Source of the DNA: Podarcis bocagei
Lineage: Eukaryota
DNA length: 64,000 nt
Reading direction: 5' to 3' (one strand)
NCBI GenBank assembly: GCA_964188305.1
Contig: OZ076888.1
Position numbers and translations under genes: made by a program. This document shows, piece by piece, positions 26,501-38,800 of the stretch (positions are counted from its first letter, which is position 1; each line of letters begins with the position of its first letter). The notes under the pieces are model-generated. The model did not search any database and was not told the DNA's origin. It saw only the letters and a program-made list of their open reading frames with translations.

Positions 26501-27636
26501 CTGATTTGAGATATGTATAACATTTTACACTATGAAAAGCACTTCAATCACATAAAGGGTCACAATCTAAAAGGGGACCTCATATTCTGTGCCGTAGTGA
26601 AAACCTCTGGATACCATGGAAGCCTATTACTATTATGTCCTCACCACACACACACACACACACACACACACAACCAGTCTCACCTGGATGTTTTTTCTTG
26701 TTATCCTCCAAAGGCATTGGCTTCTTGGATACAGCATCTTTGACAGCTTGTCTGAGCTTCCTTTGTTCTTTTCGGTATTTCTTGGCAGTACTCTGCTGCT
26801 TGAACTGTTTGTTTTTTAACTTGTTGTCAAGTTTTATTTTACTTGTTTTCAACAGCTTGCGGAAGCTTGGAACCCGTTTTTTGCTTTTTCTCTGGAGGCG
26901 ATAAGGGCTGTGTTAGTTGACACGCATCTATCCATAATATTCCTGAAACCTTTTTAACTTAAGCCTTATAACATTTAAGCAGCAGCAGCATAAATGTCGG
27001 CCAAGGTTTTCAAAATGCTCGACATGGAAATATTAAGCTAACATCACACGGGAAAGAAGAAGTGGGATAGATGGAAGACACGCTACTAGTTTGATTAAGG
27101 CGCAATATCTACTTTTAAGAACGCAATTGATTGATTTGGATTAAGAGAAATAAAGGCTAAGGACCCCTAAAGTAAAAAGCCAAATTATGCAAGGTGATTT
27201 GTAAATGGAAAAAAATAAATGCTATCGCTGAAAATTCCAGTTTCCAAATCACACGCGCACCCCAGAGGAGCCACTCTGCACACCGATAGGGTGCTGGACT
27301 ACAACTCCCATCATTCCCTGCCAGCGTTAGCCAGGAGGGACGACGGGAGTTGTAGTCCAACAACATGTGAGGGGGACATAGGGGTAAACGTCGCTGTTAA
27401 CGACGAGGCTGTTCCCGGCCGCGGTCCCTCCATCAAGCCCACCAGAACGAGCCGCTCCCGCGGCGCCTCGCCATTTATCCCTCCGCTCCACCTCCTGCTG
27501 CCCAAGCGCCGACCAGCAACCCCGTCAGGGTATCCTGAGGCTTCCTTCCCCCCACAGCCAAAGCAGCCGCCCGCCCCCCAAATCTCAACCCCCACCCCAA
27601 TTTTCTCTCTCTCGCTATCTCTCTCACCGGCTTCAT
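11529..27636 (-). CDS. NOC3L: Nucleolar complex protein 3 homolog (NOC3L/FAD24), complete, 21 exons, 2391 nt / 796 aa. Exons (high-low): 27636-27628, 26891-26684, 24549-24432, 23640-23483, 23383-23324, 22654-22527, 21459-21298, 20936-20843, 20473-20298, 20108-19980, 19353-19222, 18186-18106, 17539-17439, 16852-16780, 16704-16641, 16079-16008, 15694-15513, 13847-13719, 13144-13047, 11844-11760, 11660-11529
   Basis: Translation: MKP|[58 protein letters not shown]...[20 protein letters not shown]...[16 protein letters not shown]...[20 protein letters not shown]...[14 protein letters not shown]...[12 protein letters not shown]. All 20 introns are GT-AG with consistent phases, and exon lengths sum to a multiple of 3. 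Kozak context gctgccATGA. Convergent with PLCE1, as in other vertebrates. Confidence 0.97.
15009..15264. mobile_element. hAT (Tip100-like) MITE
   Basis: TAGGGTTGCCATAT...ATACGGCACCCCTA termini, with GGAGAAT duplicated on both flanks. Confidence 0.7.
16177..16312. mobile_element. Palindromic hAT-type MITE (ACTACAACTCCCATC-core family)
   Basis: Near-perfect inverted arms CAGTGTTTTTCAAACTTGGGTCTCCAGCTG...CAGCTGGAGACCCAAGTTTGAAAAACACTG. Confidence 0.85.
19557..19901. mobile_element. Tc1/mariner (Tigger-like) MITE
   Basis: TA|CAGTGGTTCCCCGCAAGACGAA...TTCGTCTTGCGAGGCACCACTG|TA, with internal CGCAAGACGAA repeats. Confidence 0.85.
22691..22826. mobile_element. Palindromic hAT-type MITE
   Basis: CAGGCTTCC...GGAAGCCTG termini, perfect 8-bp TSD TCTTAGAG, and the same core as 16177-16312. 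Confidence 0.9.
24733..24817. mobile_element. 85-bp mariner-type MITE made almost entirely of TIRs
   Basis: TA|CAGGGTGAGTCTTTTAAAAGAGGCCCTGTGGA...TCCACGGGGCCTCTTTTAAAGGACTCACCCTG|TA. Confidence 0.85.
25608..25768 (+). repeat. Local duplication of a ~55-bp unit
   Basis: GGGTGGGG(T/C)AAGGCAGGTGGAA(G/A)GAGGCCTTGCCTGATG(A/G)AGTCTCTC occurs twice, about 100 bp apart. Confidence 0.8.
26645..26672. repeat. (CA)14 microsatellite
   Basis: Read directly from the sequence. Confidence 0.95.
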
Positions 27637-27910
27637 GGCAGCGGAAAGCAAGGAAGGCGAACACGCTCGGAGCAAACCAACACGCCTCAGCCACGCGAGG
27701 CACCGGAAGTAGCTCTCTCCGGACAAAGAGAGGGCGGAAAAGCCATCAGGAGGTCAGGCGGATCCTGCTTCCCCACAGCGACCTCTGTCGGAGAGGAGGA
27801 GGAAGGCAAAAGGCATCTCTCCCTGCAAGCCCAGCGCCGGGCAGCGACGACTCATTTTCTCAGGGTTTTTTATGAGCCCACAGGAGCGCTTTCGTGGGCG
27901 CACAAAGGGG
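27250..27910 (-). promoter_or_regulatory. CpG island / NOC3L promoter and exon 1
   Basis: GC- and CpG-rich stretch around the ATG at 27636. ETS/GABP-type CCGGAAGT at 27703-27710 and GGGCGG at 27732-27737; no TATA box. Boundaries are approximate. Confidence 0.8.
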
Positions 27911-30109
27911 TGGGTTAGGCTGAAATGGGGCTCGGTCCCAGAATATATAGTCGCAGAGGGGAGAAGAGACATAAAATGAGACCAGGAGGAGCTTTCTGGT
28001 TTTTTTGCTCAAATTCCCATGCATGGACCATCGCTAGTTCCCTGGGTGTAGCGGGGGGGGGGGGGAGAGGCAGCTTCACAGACACATACACACCCATCTA
28101 GTAAATAAATAAAAATACTTGAGTAGAAATTGTAGAAAGATTTGGACAGATTCCCCCCCCCCCCCGGAGCATTCGGGGTCAAAAGAAATTTAGAACAACT
28201 GTTGTCAAGACATTTCATTCTGAATCTGCTAGACAAGAGCCAGACTGAGGATGGAGACGTGTCTGCATCACCCCCGCACAAAGGCTTTGTTTTTGTAGGG
28301 ACAGGCTTTAAGATGCCTAAACAAAAAAAGGTTAGGAAAAGATGAGGTTTAACGCCTCCTACCCCACCAGAGATTGTCCACTATTAAGCATTCTCAAATC
28401 GTGGCAGGCTTCATTTTTGTGCCTCTGACTTCCCCCACCTGCCAATATATGGGACAATGAGGAAACTAGCGCCAATACTTTCAGTGGCTCCATCTGAAGG
28501 GGACAGAAAACGGTTGCGATTGTGGAGTTGCACATTATCAAGGAACAAAGCAAAGCTTATTTTAGGAGATAGCAGTGCTGTCCAATCTAGTGTTTACCTA
28601 CATTTGTCCAGACCTATAGCCTGCCTGCTATAGGCTGATTGGCCCAGGTACAATATCTCACACGCGGCATTAGAAACCCAAAGATTTGCACATGGGGTTT
28701 TAAAACATGAATTTCATTTACCCAAAAATCTTGAGTGCTTCCTTTTTTCCCATAGAAGGGGGTACAAAATAGCAGAGGGTGAGGCACTCGCATGGATCCT
28801 ATGCAGTCATGAATATATTCTATAGCAACAGTTTTAAGCTTTAAAACAATTATAGCAAATTACTTGCCTGGCATTTTCTAAGACTAGCAAAAACTGCTAT
28901 AAGCAAGTACATGGCTTTGATGCAGCTCAGCTCTCCGTGCCAATATCTTGAAAAAGTACATGCTAAACATTTAAGAGAGGTTTAGCCAGAAAGGGACATG
29001 TCAAAGTATTCTTCAGAATGCAATTAAGTATTACTTCAACCCAGCATCACATAGCAGAAAGGTGGTTTCTAAATGCAGATGGCAACAAATGGAAAAAAAT
29101 TCTTTAAATTGTTCTGCTCAGGTACCTATCACTGTTTTAAGCCTCAGCCTGCTTCAAGGGAGTCTGTGGCCTAAGTTTTCACAAGAACACTGCTTTGGAA
29201 TTAATTCACAAGTCTTACACCTATCAGACCTGGCTCGTCTCATGCAAGTCACTCGTGCAATGGGTGTACTTATCAAAGAACTTATCTCTCGGAATGCTGA
29301 CCTCAGTTCTGGCTCCAAAGGCATTTGCTGCAGTCCCCACAGCAGCAAAAGGGCCTTTCAACAGAACCACTCCATTTACATAAAACATAATAGAAAATCT
29401 ATGAAGAAATGCTTTCATTGCATACCCCATGTCTTCCACACTGAGGCTTGCCTTATTCAAGAACCCCAAATCATGGTGCCAGCATTCTCAGTGTATCCCT
29501 TGTCAAGGCATCCAGACTCTGATAACCATGGGATAAAAAAACACAGAAATCAGTATTCTTTCTTAGTCTGTGTGAGGAATCCTGAAAAAATCTGTTCATT
29601 TGTAATGATGCTATACATCTATCCTGATTTTTAAAAATTATACTTTACATTTGGTGCTGTAGGCAGCTGCCTTAGGTTTGTACCAAACTACCACATTTAG
29701 GAACTAAATGGGACAGGTATTTGCATATGAAATAGGGATGGGTAAAAAAAACCCCTACGGTTTATGTCTGAGCTCTGCTTCTCTGGGTTCTGCTTCTCTG
29801 CCAAGACATTCCCTGGCACAGGGCAGCTGCTTAGCCACTCTGTTTAAGAAAAAATTGTTTTGCACAGACTTGTTCCAAACTGAGTTAATGTTTGTGAGAA
29901 GGATTGTAATTCCCTGTGAGGTTTCAACCAATCATAACCTTTTACCGAGAACTCTATTTGTAGACTTTAAAATGTCACCCCTTAGAATCCCAGCTTTCAT
30001 TATAGATGGGGTCATGATGTCTGAAATATAAATCTGTAGAAGCTGCTGAAGATTCAGAAGTTTTCAATATAGCTTTGTATCTGAGCGGGAGAATTAAATG
30101 AAGAGACAT

Positions 30110-31722
30110 CACTCATTCTGCTTACAAGTTTTATTTACATAGGAATAGTTACTAGTGGTCTTGAATGAAGGCAAAATACCTTCTATTTACAATTTATATA
30201 CATGTGTATACTTGAAAAGTAAGAAAACTGTACAAGAGAACCCAAACAGAGGACATACACGGGAACCAAGTAAGTAAATACATAAGAAAAGAAAGACATT
30301 TTAACTTCAAATTGTATGTTGTAAGTAATATAAAGTGTAGTTTTAAATCTGATAACGATACATAAATATTCCAACATACTGTAACCCAAATCTTTAAAAC
30401 CGGTTCTGCAACTTCTTTTAACACTTGACAGCTGAAGTAGTCTCTCTTTTCTTTCAATTTTTTAATGCAATGATAAATTTCCACTTCATTTCCACGTACA
30501 GGGAACAGGTACAAAAAAAAATCATAATGCATTTTTATTTACATTAATACTATCAAAATGGATTTAGAAAGAACAAGCATTAGCTGCTCAGAGTTTAAGA
30601 GGTATCCTTTCCATCTCCCTCCAGTTCAAATGTCATTTTTAAAATGTTTTGGAGTGTGAAGGAAGTTTAAGAGCTTCCATAGATCACATTTACAGTACAG
30701 TGCTGATGTTAGATGTGACTGACAGTATGGATTTAGGGTATTAATTATTGTACACACTGCAATTCAAAACTATTCCATTTTGCATTTAAGTGAGAAAGGT
30801 TTTAATATACAGGGACTCAAACTTTCACATTAACATTGCTTAAAATGTGCAAAAGCATTTGTCACTAGCTTATTAATTATACTAGTGTTTATCATCAAGT
30901 ATAAGTCACTTTGATTTAAAAAATAAATCAAGAACTGATCTGATTTTCGTGGAATAGGAATCCAATTTTTCTGTAATGTAAGCAAGCTACCTACCAAGTA
31001 CTTCAGGAAGCAAAATTCCAGAAACCCATCAGTTGCTTATACAAGCACACAGTTAAAATAGTTCTCTTAACCACTGCCATCTTTAGGCCAAAAGACTTTT
31101 TACCCATGACTTTGCGGCAAAACTTGACGCAGCATACTCTGTTCCACCTTACGTACATTCATTTAACCAAAGAGTGAAGCTGCAGTTTAAAAGGAGTTTA
31201 GCAAGACATATATAAAGCCTCCTATTATCTGGCATGTATACCAAAGCAAAAAAACTTATTTGGTCCTAAGAATTTCACTGGTTAATTTTGGAGGTATTTG
31301 TACCAAAATGTTTGGTTCAGGTAGCAGTTTTTGGGCCTTACTTTTTAAACGCCTGCTTTCCTCCCAAAAGTGCCTTTGTGATCATCATAAAAAAGGTATC
31401 CCTAAAAATTTAAAGTACCAACAAAAGTTATTACAAATTTTTATTGCATTCAACTTTAAATATTAAATATGCATTAGCCACTTTCTCAGTTTCATAAGTT
31501 TTTATTGTTTTGCTTCCTGTGAAAAGGGCTCCTCCCACAAAAAGCTCTTTAATACTGGCAACAGGGTGAACATTTCATCAAATTCCACCACTGTACTCAG
31601 TCAAATACTGTCTCTTCCTTAGGTCTTCCCAAGCTGTTTCTTCTTAGTGGTTTTCATTGATAAGATGTTTAGAATCCTTTAACAAGCAAGTGGTTTCTTT
31701 ATTATTTCCAATAAACTTGAAA
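30110..31722 (-). other. TBC1D12: TBC1D12 3' UTR with poly(A) signals at 30534-30539 and 30130-30135
   Basis: AU-rich sequence with no recognisable repeats after the stop. AATAAA hexamers lie on the - strand, and the distal one is followed by U/GU-containing sequence. The end is approximate. Confidence 0.55.
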
Positions 31723-32808
31723 TTAACTTTTTAGTGCTGGACTATGGTTCTTGTCTCCTTCTTTGCTATCCTTCATTAATGATGCAAACACCTGCAAATT
31801 GATTTTTAGGTAAGTGTTAAAAATCAGACACTATTCAATCTCTCATTAACTTTTATCAATACTGATACCTCATTGCAGGTTCGTTGCATCCATCATTATC
31901 ACTGAAGATTATTTCATTCCCATTCCATGTCTTTCCCCCCCGAGTAACCGAATATGCAAAGTATCAATCCCCAAGTGATTAGTAGAAAATAGGGAATGAA
32001 AAAGCACCATGACTCTTGAAAATGGTCTGCCTTAGAATCACATGAAGCCCTTCTTTCTGCTCTCCAGTCAACAAGGGTTATCCACAATTTAAAACAACAC
32101 AGCTAATTTTCCATTTTAGCCTACAGAAGGGTTTAATATGGAAAGATACACTGTTCATTTTACACCACCTGCTCTTTTGGGACTCTTGTAGAGCAGGAGG
32201 CACACAAAGAAGGGCCTTAGATGATGATTGTGGCGTCAAGAATTTACAACAGAAATATTGCTGCACACTGTAGCTGTGTAGTAGTTTGCCATAGGGTTAA
32301 AATATAAATGCTTTGAGTTTAAGGAAGTGTAGCTAAAGGTATTTCCCATTTAATAAGAGTTCAGTACACCACCCATGAAGTAGCAGAACACTGCAGGGGC
32401 CTTGAATGGTTTCTCTCATCATGACAGCATGCCCCACCCCCTCCTGAAAATGACAGGTAGGCAAGTTGTACTGCCTCCCCATGCAGACACAGCACATCTT
32501 GCAGGAACACACCAGGGCCCTCATGAGACCTTCCCAGAACCTGCTAAGCAAGGTGGGAGATTTTTAAGCCCTCTACCTTGCTTACCAGCCTCTGGTAAGA
32601 CCCCGCAAGGATCCTGAGCTCATGCGTGGGGGGCAAGGCCTACTCAGCACGCCAGCTTTGGACAGATAGAGGTTGGGAGGGGTCCTGTTCCAGGGGCATT
32701 CCTGATTTTATGTGATTTTGCCTTTGCAAACAGAACCCCAGAGCCTATTCCCCATGTAAGCTGTGTGCTTACTGTATTTCTGCTGATGGTTTAATATTAT
32801 TTTATGTG

Positions 32809-32863
<55 letters not shown>

Positions 32864-35800
32864 TATGTTCATATATTTTAATTGTTTACTGTGTTTATTC
32901 TCGCTAAGCTGTCCTAGGCAACATGTTTTTGAGGGCAGAAAATCAACAGTTAACGTGACCCAATTCATTTATAATAAAAATGAACACTTACCTGAGCCCA
33001 TTTTTTGTTACTATTCTGCATCTGAATAGATGTAATACAAGTAAAGAGCTTCTCCGACGTGATGTCTTCAGGTAGCTTTGTTAGAAACTGTGCTATATGA
33101 ATGAAGTCCATCTGCAGGAGGATATCTTCATATAGCCGAAGAATTCCTAATCCAGTTCTGAACAAAAATTCTTCTCCGTCTCTACAAAAGACATCCCAGA
33201 CGCGACAGGCCAGATCAAGGGGTAGTGACTTGCTGTACAGGGTGAAGATCCTGAGGGGTGGGGTTTTTTTTTTTGGAAATCAGAAGTATCAGGAACATGA
33301 GGACAAACTACATGCCATCAATTTTGTGCTGTGAACTTTGAGCTCCTTCACTGTCAGTGGTATTTTATTTAGGTAAATGTAAAGGGACCCCTGACCGTTA
33401 GGTCCAGTCATGGCTGACTCTGGGGTTGCGACGCTCATCTCGCTTTATTGGCCAAGGGAGCTGGCGTACAGCTTCCAGGTCATGTGACCAGCATGACTAA
33501 GCCGCTTCTGGCAAACTAGAGCAGTGCATGGAAACGCCGTTTACCTTCCTGCCAGAGCGGTACCTATTTATCTACTTGCACTTTGACGTGCTTTCGAACT
33601 GCTAGGTTGGCAGGAGGGTATTTTATTTAGAAGTCCATTAATACTTTGGATCTGGGAAAGACACACCGATAGGTATCCCAGTCACACAAGCTGACTCTGC
33701 AAATTTTCCCTGATCTCCCCCCTCCCAATCCACTGCAGTCCCCCGTACCAAGCTTTTCCTGGCGGAGGGAGAATGGTACAAGAAGCTGCAAGAGAGAAGG
33801 AGGGGTGGGAAAGCTATACTGCATGAGCAGACATTCACTTGTGTAAGTTTGTTTAGACACCGACAATCACAGCTAGATGGGAATTGTGTTCCCAACTTGC
33901 CCCAACAACTGCTCACCCCGCCCCCCTCAACCACACAGAATGGAGAAATTTCTACAGAGTGCCCATTATCTGTATTATCAAACTTCAGCTGCAAGTTTAT
34001 CCATTTAACACAGAAAGCAAAACAGAACCTATTCAATCAATCTTCCAACTTACCAGTCTATCAAGTATATGTCAGGGGTAAGTTTGTAGGATTTAAAATG
34101 GTGAAACAATTTGGGGAGGTTTTCCTCAAAAAATACTTCAAATGCTGCAAAGTACTTCAGCATCTGTAAAGAAAAAAAGAGAAAAAACTAATAAAAGTCT
34201 GGGGGGGGGCGCACGGGGTGCCATAACTAATGAAGCCTTCAAGGAAGCTATACCCCTGTCTACAGGACATATTCTGCTGGTTTTAGTGAAGAAAATGCAG
34301 CGTACATCATTTAAATAGTAAAACTTCCAGTGCAGTTGCTATGACAACTGTAGTATCTACTTCTTCAGCAACAAATTTAGCCAACTACACTTACAGTGTA
34401 GACAACAGAAAAATGAGCTAGTCACTTTTTCATTGCTATCTTTCCATCCTGGCAAAAGCAAGAAATTGGCTGTAGGGTAGTCATTAGCCCATTGTTTCCA
34501 GAAAATGAATTATAGGAGAGGAAGCTACAAGAACAGAATTCTGAAAAGGGGTGGTAAATTTTAACAAAAGAAATAGTTGCCGATTTCATTCCAGAGACAC
34601 AAGTACCCCTGCTAGTGGCAAGTATGAATGCAAAGCACTGTTCTGTAGGAAAGCAGAAATTCTACTGGGTGTAGACTGACACCCATTTCCTGCCTGTTAA
34701 AAAGATTCTAGTTGTCACAAAATGGTTTAAGTGAAATAGTAAGTTACGAGACACTGGAAATTGTATATACCATGCTGTGATCCACACGGAAAAAGGCCAA
34801 TTGGCATGGCTTGTTCAGGAGGTTTGCAAAGGCAATGAACGCATCTGCCTCTTCCAGATTGAGAATAAGGACTGCAGCAATGAAGGACATTCCCTGGACC
34901 TTCAAAAAACAAAAGCAGTGAAAGTGCATTAAGTAACCTGTCTCATTTTTATATTAAGGTAGTGATCTGTAAGCTACAGTATTAGTAAAGGCTAGAACGT
35001 AACCAAATTTATTTACAGTTTTGACAAAAAAAAATGCTAACTTGTTACAGAAATGCTAAATTCAGTACTTAATGAGTTATCATTCAAATGCTCAAGGCAG
35101 TAACGTGATTAGGGCAACTTAGACCTGCTTCAATCACTGAAGTTTCCACTCATGGATGTATGGGTAGAGTCTACAGCATCCTGGGGTAAGGCTGCTAATG
35201 TATTTTTTAATAGCTTCAGTAGGAAGAATTGGCAGGTGGTTACCAGACAAATATAAGGTGGTAAAGCCAACACATGAATCATCTACATTCAGGGATTTTC
35301 TCCCCTTGCTTTTCTAGGAGCTAATGCCATAGGGAAGGAACATCTATAGTAGAATCTGGTGCACAATTACTGGGAAGTCCCAATCACATGTCAACAGGAT
35401 TTACAGACTCATCTCTGCAGGCTACAGTTGAGCCATTACCTCTAGACCAGGGCTGGGAAACATTTTCAGCTCCAGGACAGATTCGTAGCTTCCCCATCCA
35501 CAACAGGCTACATCACTATGTCAGGTAACATCAAAGGGGCTTGTCATCAGTACCAAGCAGCTAACTGGTACCGGAGGAGAGAGCTGCTTTGCCCATTTGC
35601 TGGTGCAGTTTGAATCCAAACCACATCTGCAAACAGACATTCATTCTCTATGTACCAGCAAAGCTGTCCACACAGTTGGTCAGTAGAGGGAAAACATCCC
35701 TTTGCTGATGCAGTTTGAATTTAAACCATAACTGTAAACATACAACTTCAAAGCGCCAATCAGCTAAGCAATGCTATCAACAATATCTCCTTGTCAAAGA

Positions 35801-38800
35801 GATACTGGAAGTGTACTTCAAGCTCCCAGTTGTTCCTTCACTGCGACACCACATCTGATGTCAGGTGTGGGGCAGGCGGGCGTGTACTGAGGAACATGAT
35901 CCTGTGAGCCAGAGTAGGACCCCTGCCAGATCCAATTAGGCTCATTGGCTGGTGGTATCCCACCACTCCTCTAAATGCAACAGAGCAATTGGATTATCTA
36001 TAAAACTATCACCCATACATGAAGTTGCGGGCAGGATTTGAAATATAAGCAATGGATTATTAAAATAATTAATGGTATCGGGTTTAGATAATAAAAACAT
36101 ATGTGTTTTAAAACAGCTAATAAAAAGAAGTAATAAAATAAACACCAGGAAAGGAGGGGTAGGGAGTCAAAAAGAAGTTATGTATGTATGTATTAAAAAA
36201 ACTATCGTAAGTGTTTTGCAGTATCTATGGAGACATTATATGTGTGTGTGTGTGTGTGTGTGCGCGCGCGCGCGCGCACGCGCAAATATGAGAGACAGAC
36301 AAACCTCTTCTACTGGTGCTACACAGGCAAGCTAAATTGAGATAGTTTACTCAGCAAAAACTATTCCTTTAAACATCAAGCTAATATTTGTATGAAACGT
36401 CATTATAATGTGAAGAATGGCAATGTTGTAAGGATACTTACATATCCTACATCTGGTCTGTAACATGTATATGCTCCCAGGACACTGTGCAAAAGATCAT
36501 GATAAGGGCCACCCTGAAGTGAAAACAACGGAAAAAGAAACGTATATGTTAACATTTATTTTGTTTTTCTAGCTTTATTTTGAATTCAGAAGACTATTTC
36601 CACTGGGTCACAATATATTCAATCTATACAAAGTTAGGCATGCCCAGAAGCTTGGCTATATATGTGTGACAGCAGCACTGAATTTCCTACAAGTCCATTT
36701 GTTTCTGACTGCATGGAGCTGTAACAGCTCCAAAAGACTAAAAAAAACCTCCACCTATTACCTATGAACACATGTGCAAGCGAGTGCACACTTTCTCCAT
36801 TCTATTGTACTACCTCCAAGCAAACAAGGGACAGTGAGCTAAAGTGTCAACACTTAGGAACGCTGGCGGTCACCCCAGAGCGTGAACTTGGTTATTAGTA
36901 TCCCAGTTCCAAACTGTACAGACAAAGTGCATTGTTTTCTCCTAATGTTCTCTGGACTATACGTACTGCCAAGAGCTGTTTCAGTGCTGACAAAATGTAA
37001 CTCTGAATTCACAACACTTGTGATCCAGCAAGCGTTTTTAGATGCGGAGAAAGCCTTGCATACAACAAATTGTGTATTTTCTTCCACCACTATCATCCTG
37101 TCCCAGATTGTGAAAAAGTAATTTCAGACAGATTCTTGGTTGTTAATAGTTTCCTCCTCCTCCTTTTTTAGTGGAGACATTAGGTCAGAGGTCACCAACA
37201 TGTTGCCCACTGATACAGTGTGCCCACCTGTACCTCCTACAGTACCCACAATGTGTCTCAGTAACTATCCACTCAAATATCCATGAGACACTGTTTGCTC
37301 TTCCTGCTCAGCTCCTGCTTGCACTGACTCAGCTTCCCCTAAACTGAACACACTCCCTTAAACATGTCTACATTTCCCTGGATGCCAGGATTTGACACAT
37401 ACCCTCTCATCCGTTCTGAATAGAGATACAAATAGCTTCTCGTAAGCAACTGCAGCAGTGGTTGATATTTGCATCCCCCCCCCCCCCGATGAGGTGGCTG
37501 ATGAGGGGGGCCTGACAGCACCACATTGAGGGCCTGTCCTTTCTTCTGCGCTTTTAAATGTGGCAGCCATTATGCCAAACCCCCGACAGCAGCCACTGCA
37601 GCTCAGAAAGGTTGGCGACGCTGCATTAGGTTATCATATAAATGAAAATTACAGAAACGTTTTTGCAATTTAGTAGCAGCAGGGGTGAGGTTAACTAAAC
37701 ATAACAGAAAGCCTCACACCTGAACATTTGTTATTTCATCATTTAGTAACTCATATTGGAGCTGAAAATTAACTTTCGGGTTTGCAGGCTGTTCATTTAG
37801 GAATGCAAACTGGCTAATCAAATAAAGAAGGGAAACTATCTAGACACAAAGTTTCAGGTGAGGCTTGAGCAAGGCCTCTGCAATAGACTAACTCTGCAAT
37901 AGACAGCTCTCTGGGGGTTTTTTATTCTGTCTAGTTGGAATGCACTTTCGGTTTCACCAGGAACAAAAGAGGAAGACCACTCAAGTCTCTTGAGTAAACA
38001 GATCCTATTTTAACTCTGGGGATTAAAAGCTTCTTTGGGTCAAGGGACCTGCTATTTTGCTTGTTACACTGTAACAGCATACACAGAGATGGAACTATAT
38101 AAACAACTTTGTATAGGGGCTTCTTCTTACATGGCATTATAGACTGGAATGCCAATACCAAAATTCCAAGTCCACAAATGTTAAAAGGGGCAGGCACTAT
38201 CGTTTTTCTATTAAAACATATGCAGAGGTCTGACATATATTCAAAAAGGGAGGCGGGTGAGTATATTTTTTCCCTTATACTACACCATTCGTTTAGTTAT
38301 TTGATATACTATCAAACAGTTCTCTGAAATCTGTTTTGTAAGTATAGTAAGATGCCATTTTTTCATGATTTTAAAAAGCCAAACACTTAACACTTGCAGA
38401 TTTGTACGCTTGTACTTCTGCCAGAATATTGTTATTTGAACAGTCGTGGAACTGGCTTACCTTCCCAGCTGGCAGTGGTGAGCAAGCATAAAGTCTAGCT
38501 GACCAGGTGATCTTTTGTTTGCAGTTATGCCCCACCCCCCAGAAACAATGGCTTAAGCCCCGTAAGACCTGCTATGTTTGCTCAGTGAATGAAGGCAACA
38601 AGGTTTGCAAGCTGCTTTTACATTCTATTGCTTTAGTTGGACACATCAATCAACCTCTCCCCAAACCCCAGCACTCGCTAGCCTGGAAAATGAATTTTAG
38701 CTTGCTTACTATAGCTGCTTTGTTCCCTCCCACACTCCACCCTTGCAAGCACGTAAAGCAAGTCAAAGATCTAACTATTCGACTGCAGGGAAACAGATGC

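Noticed and set aside
27219-27875. 218-aa + strand ORF over the NOC3L promoter
   Set aside because: Low-complexity Pro/Arg/Ser product typical of stop-poor CpG islands. It begins in a MITE remnant and has no recognisable domain.
29062-29634. 190-aa + strand ORF between NOC3L and TBC1D12
   Set aside because: Non-ATG start, no recognisable family or motif, and Cys/Ser/His-rich random-looking composition. tBLASTn or PhyloCSF would be needed to revive it.
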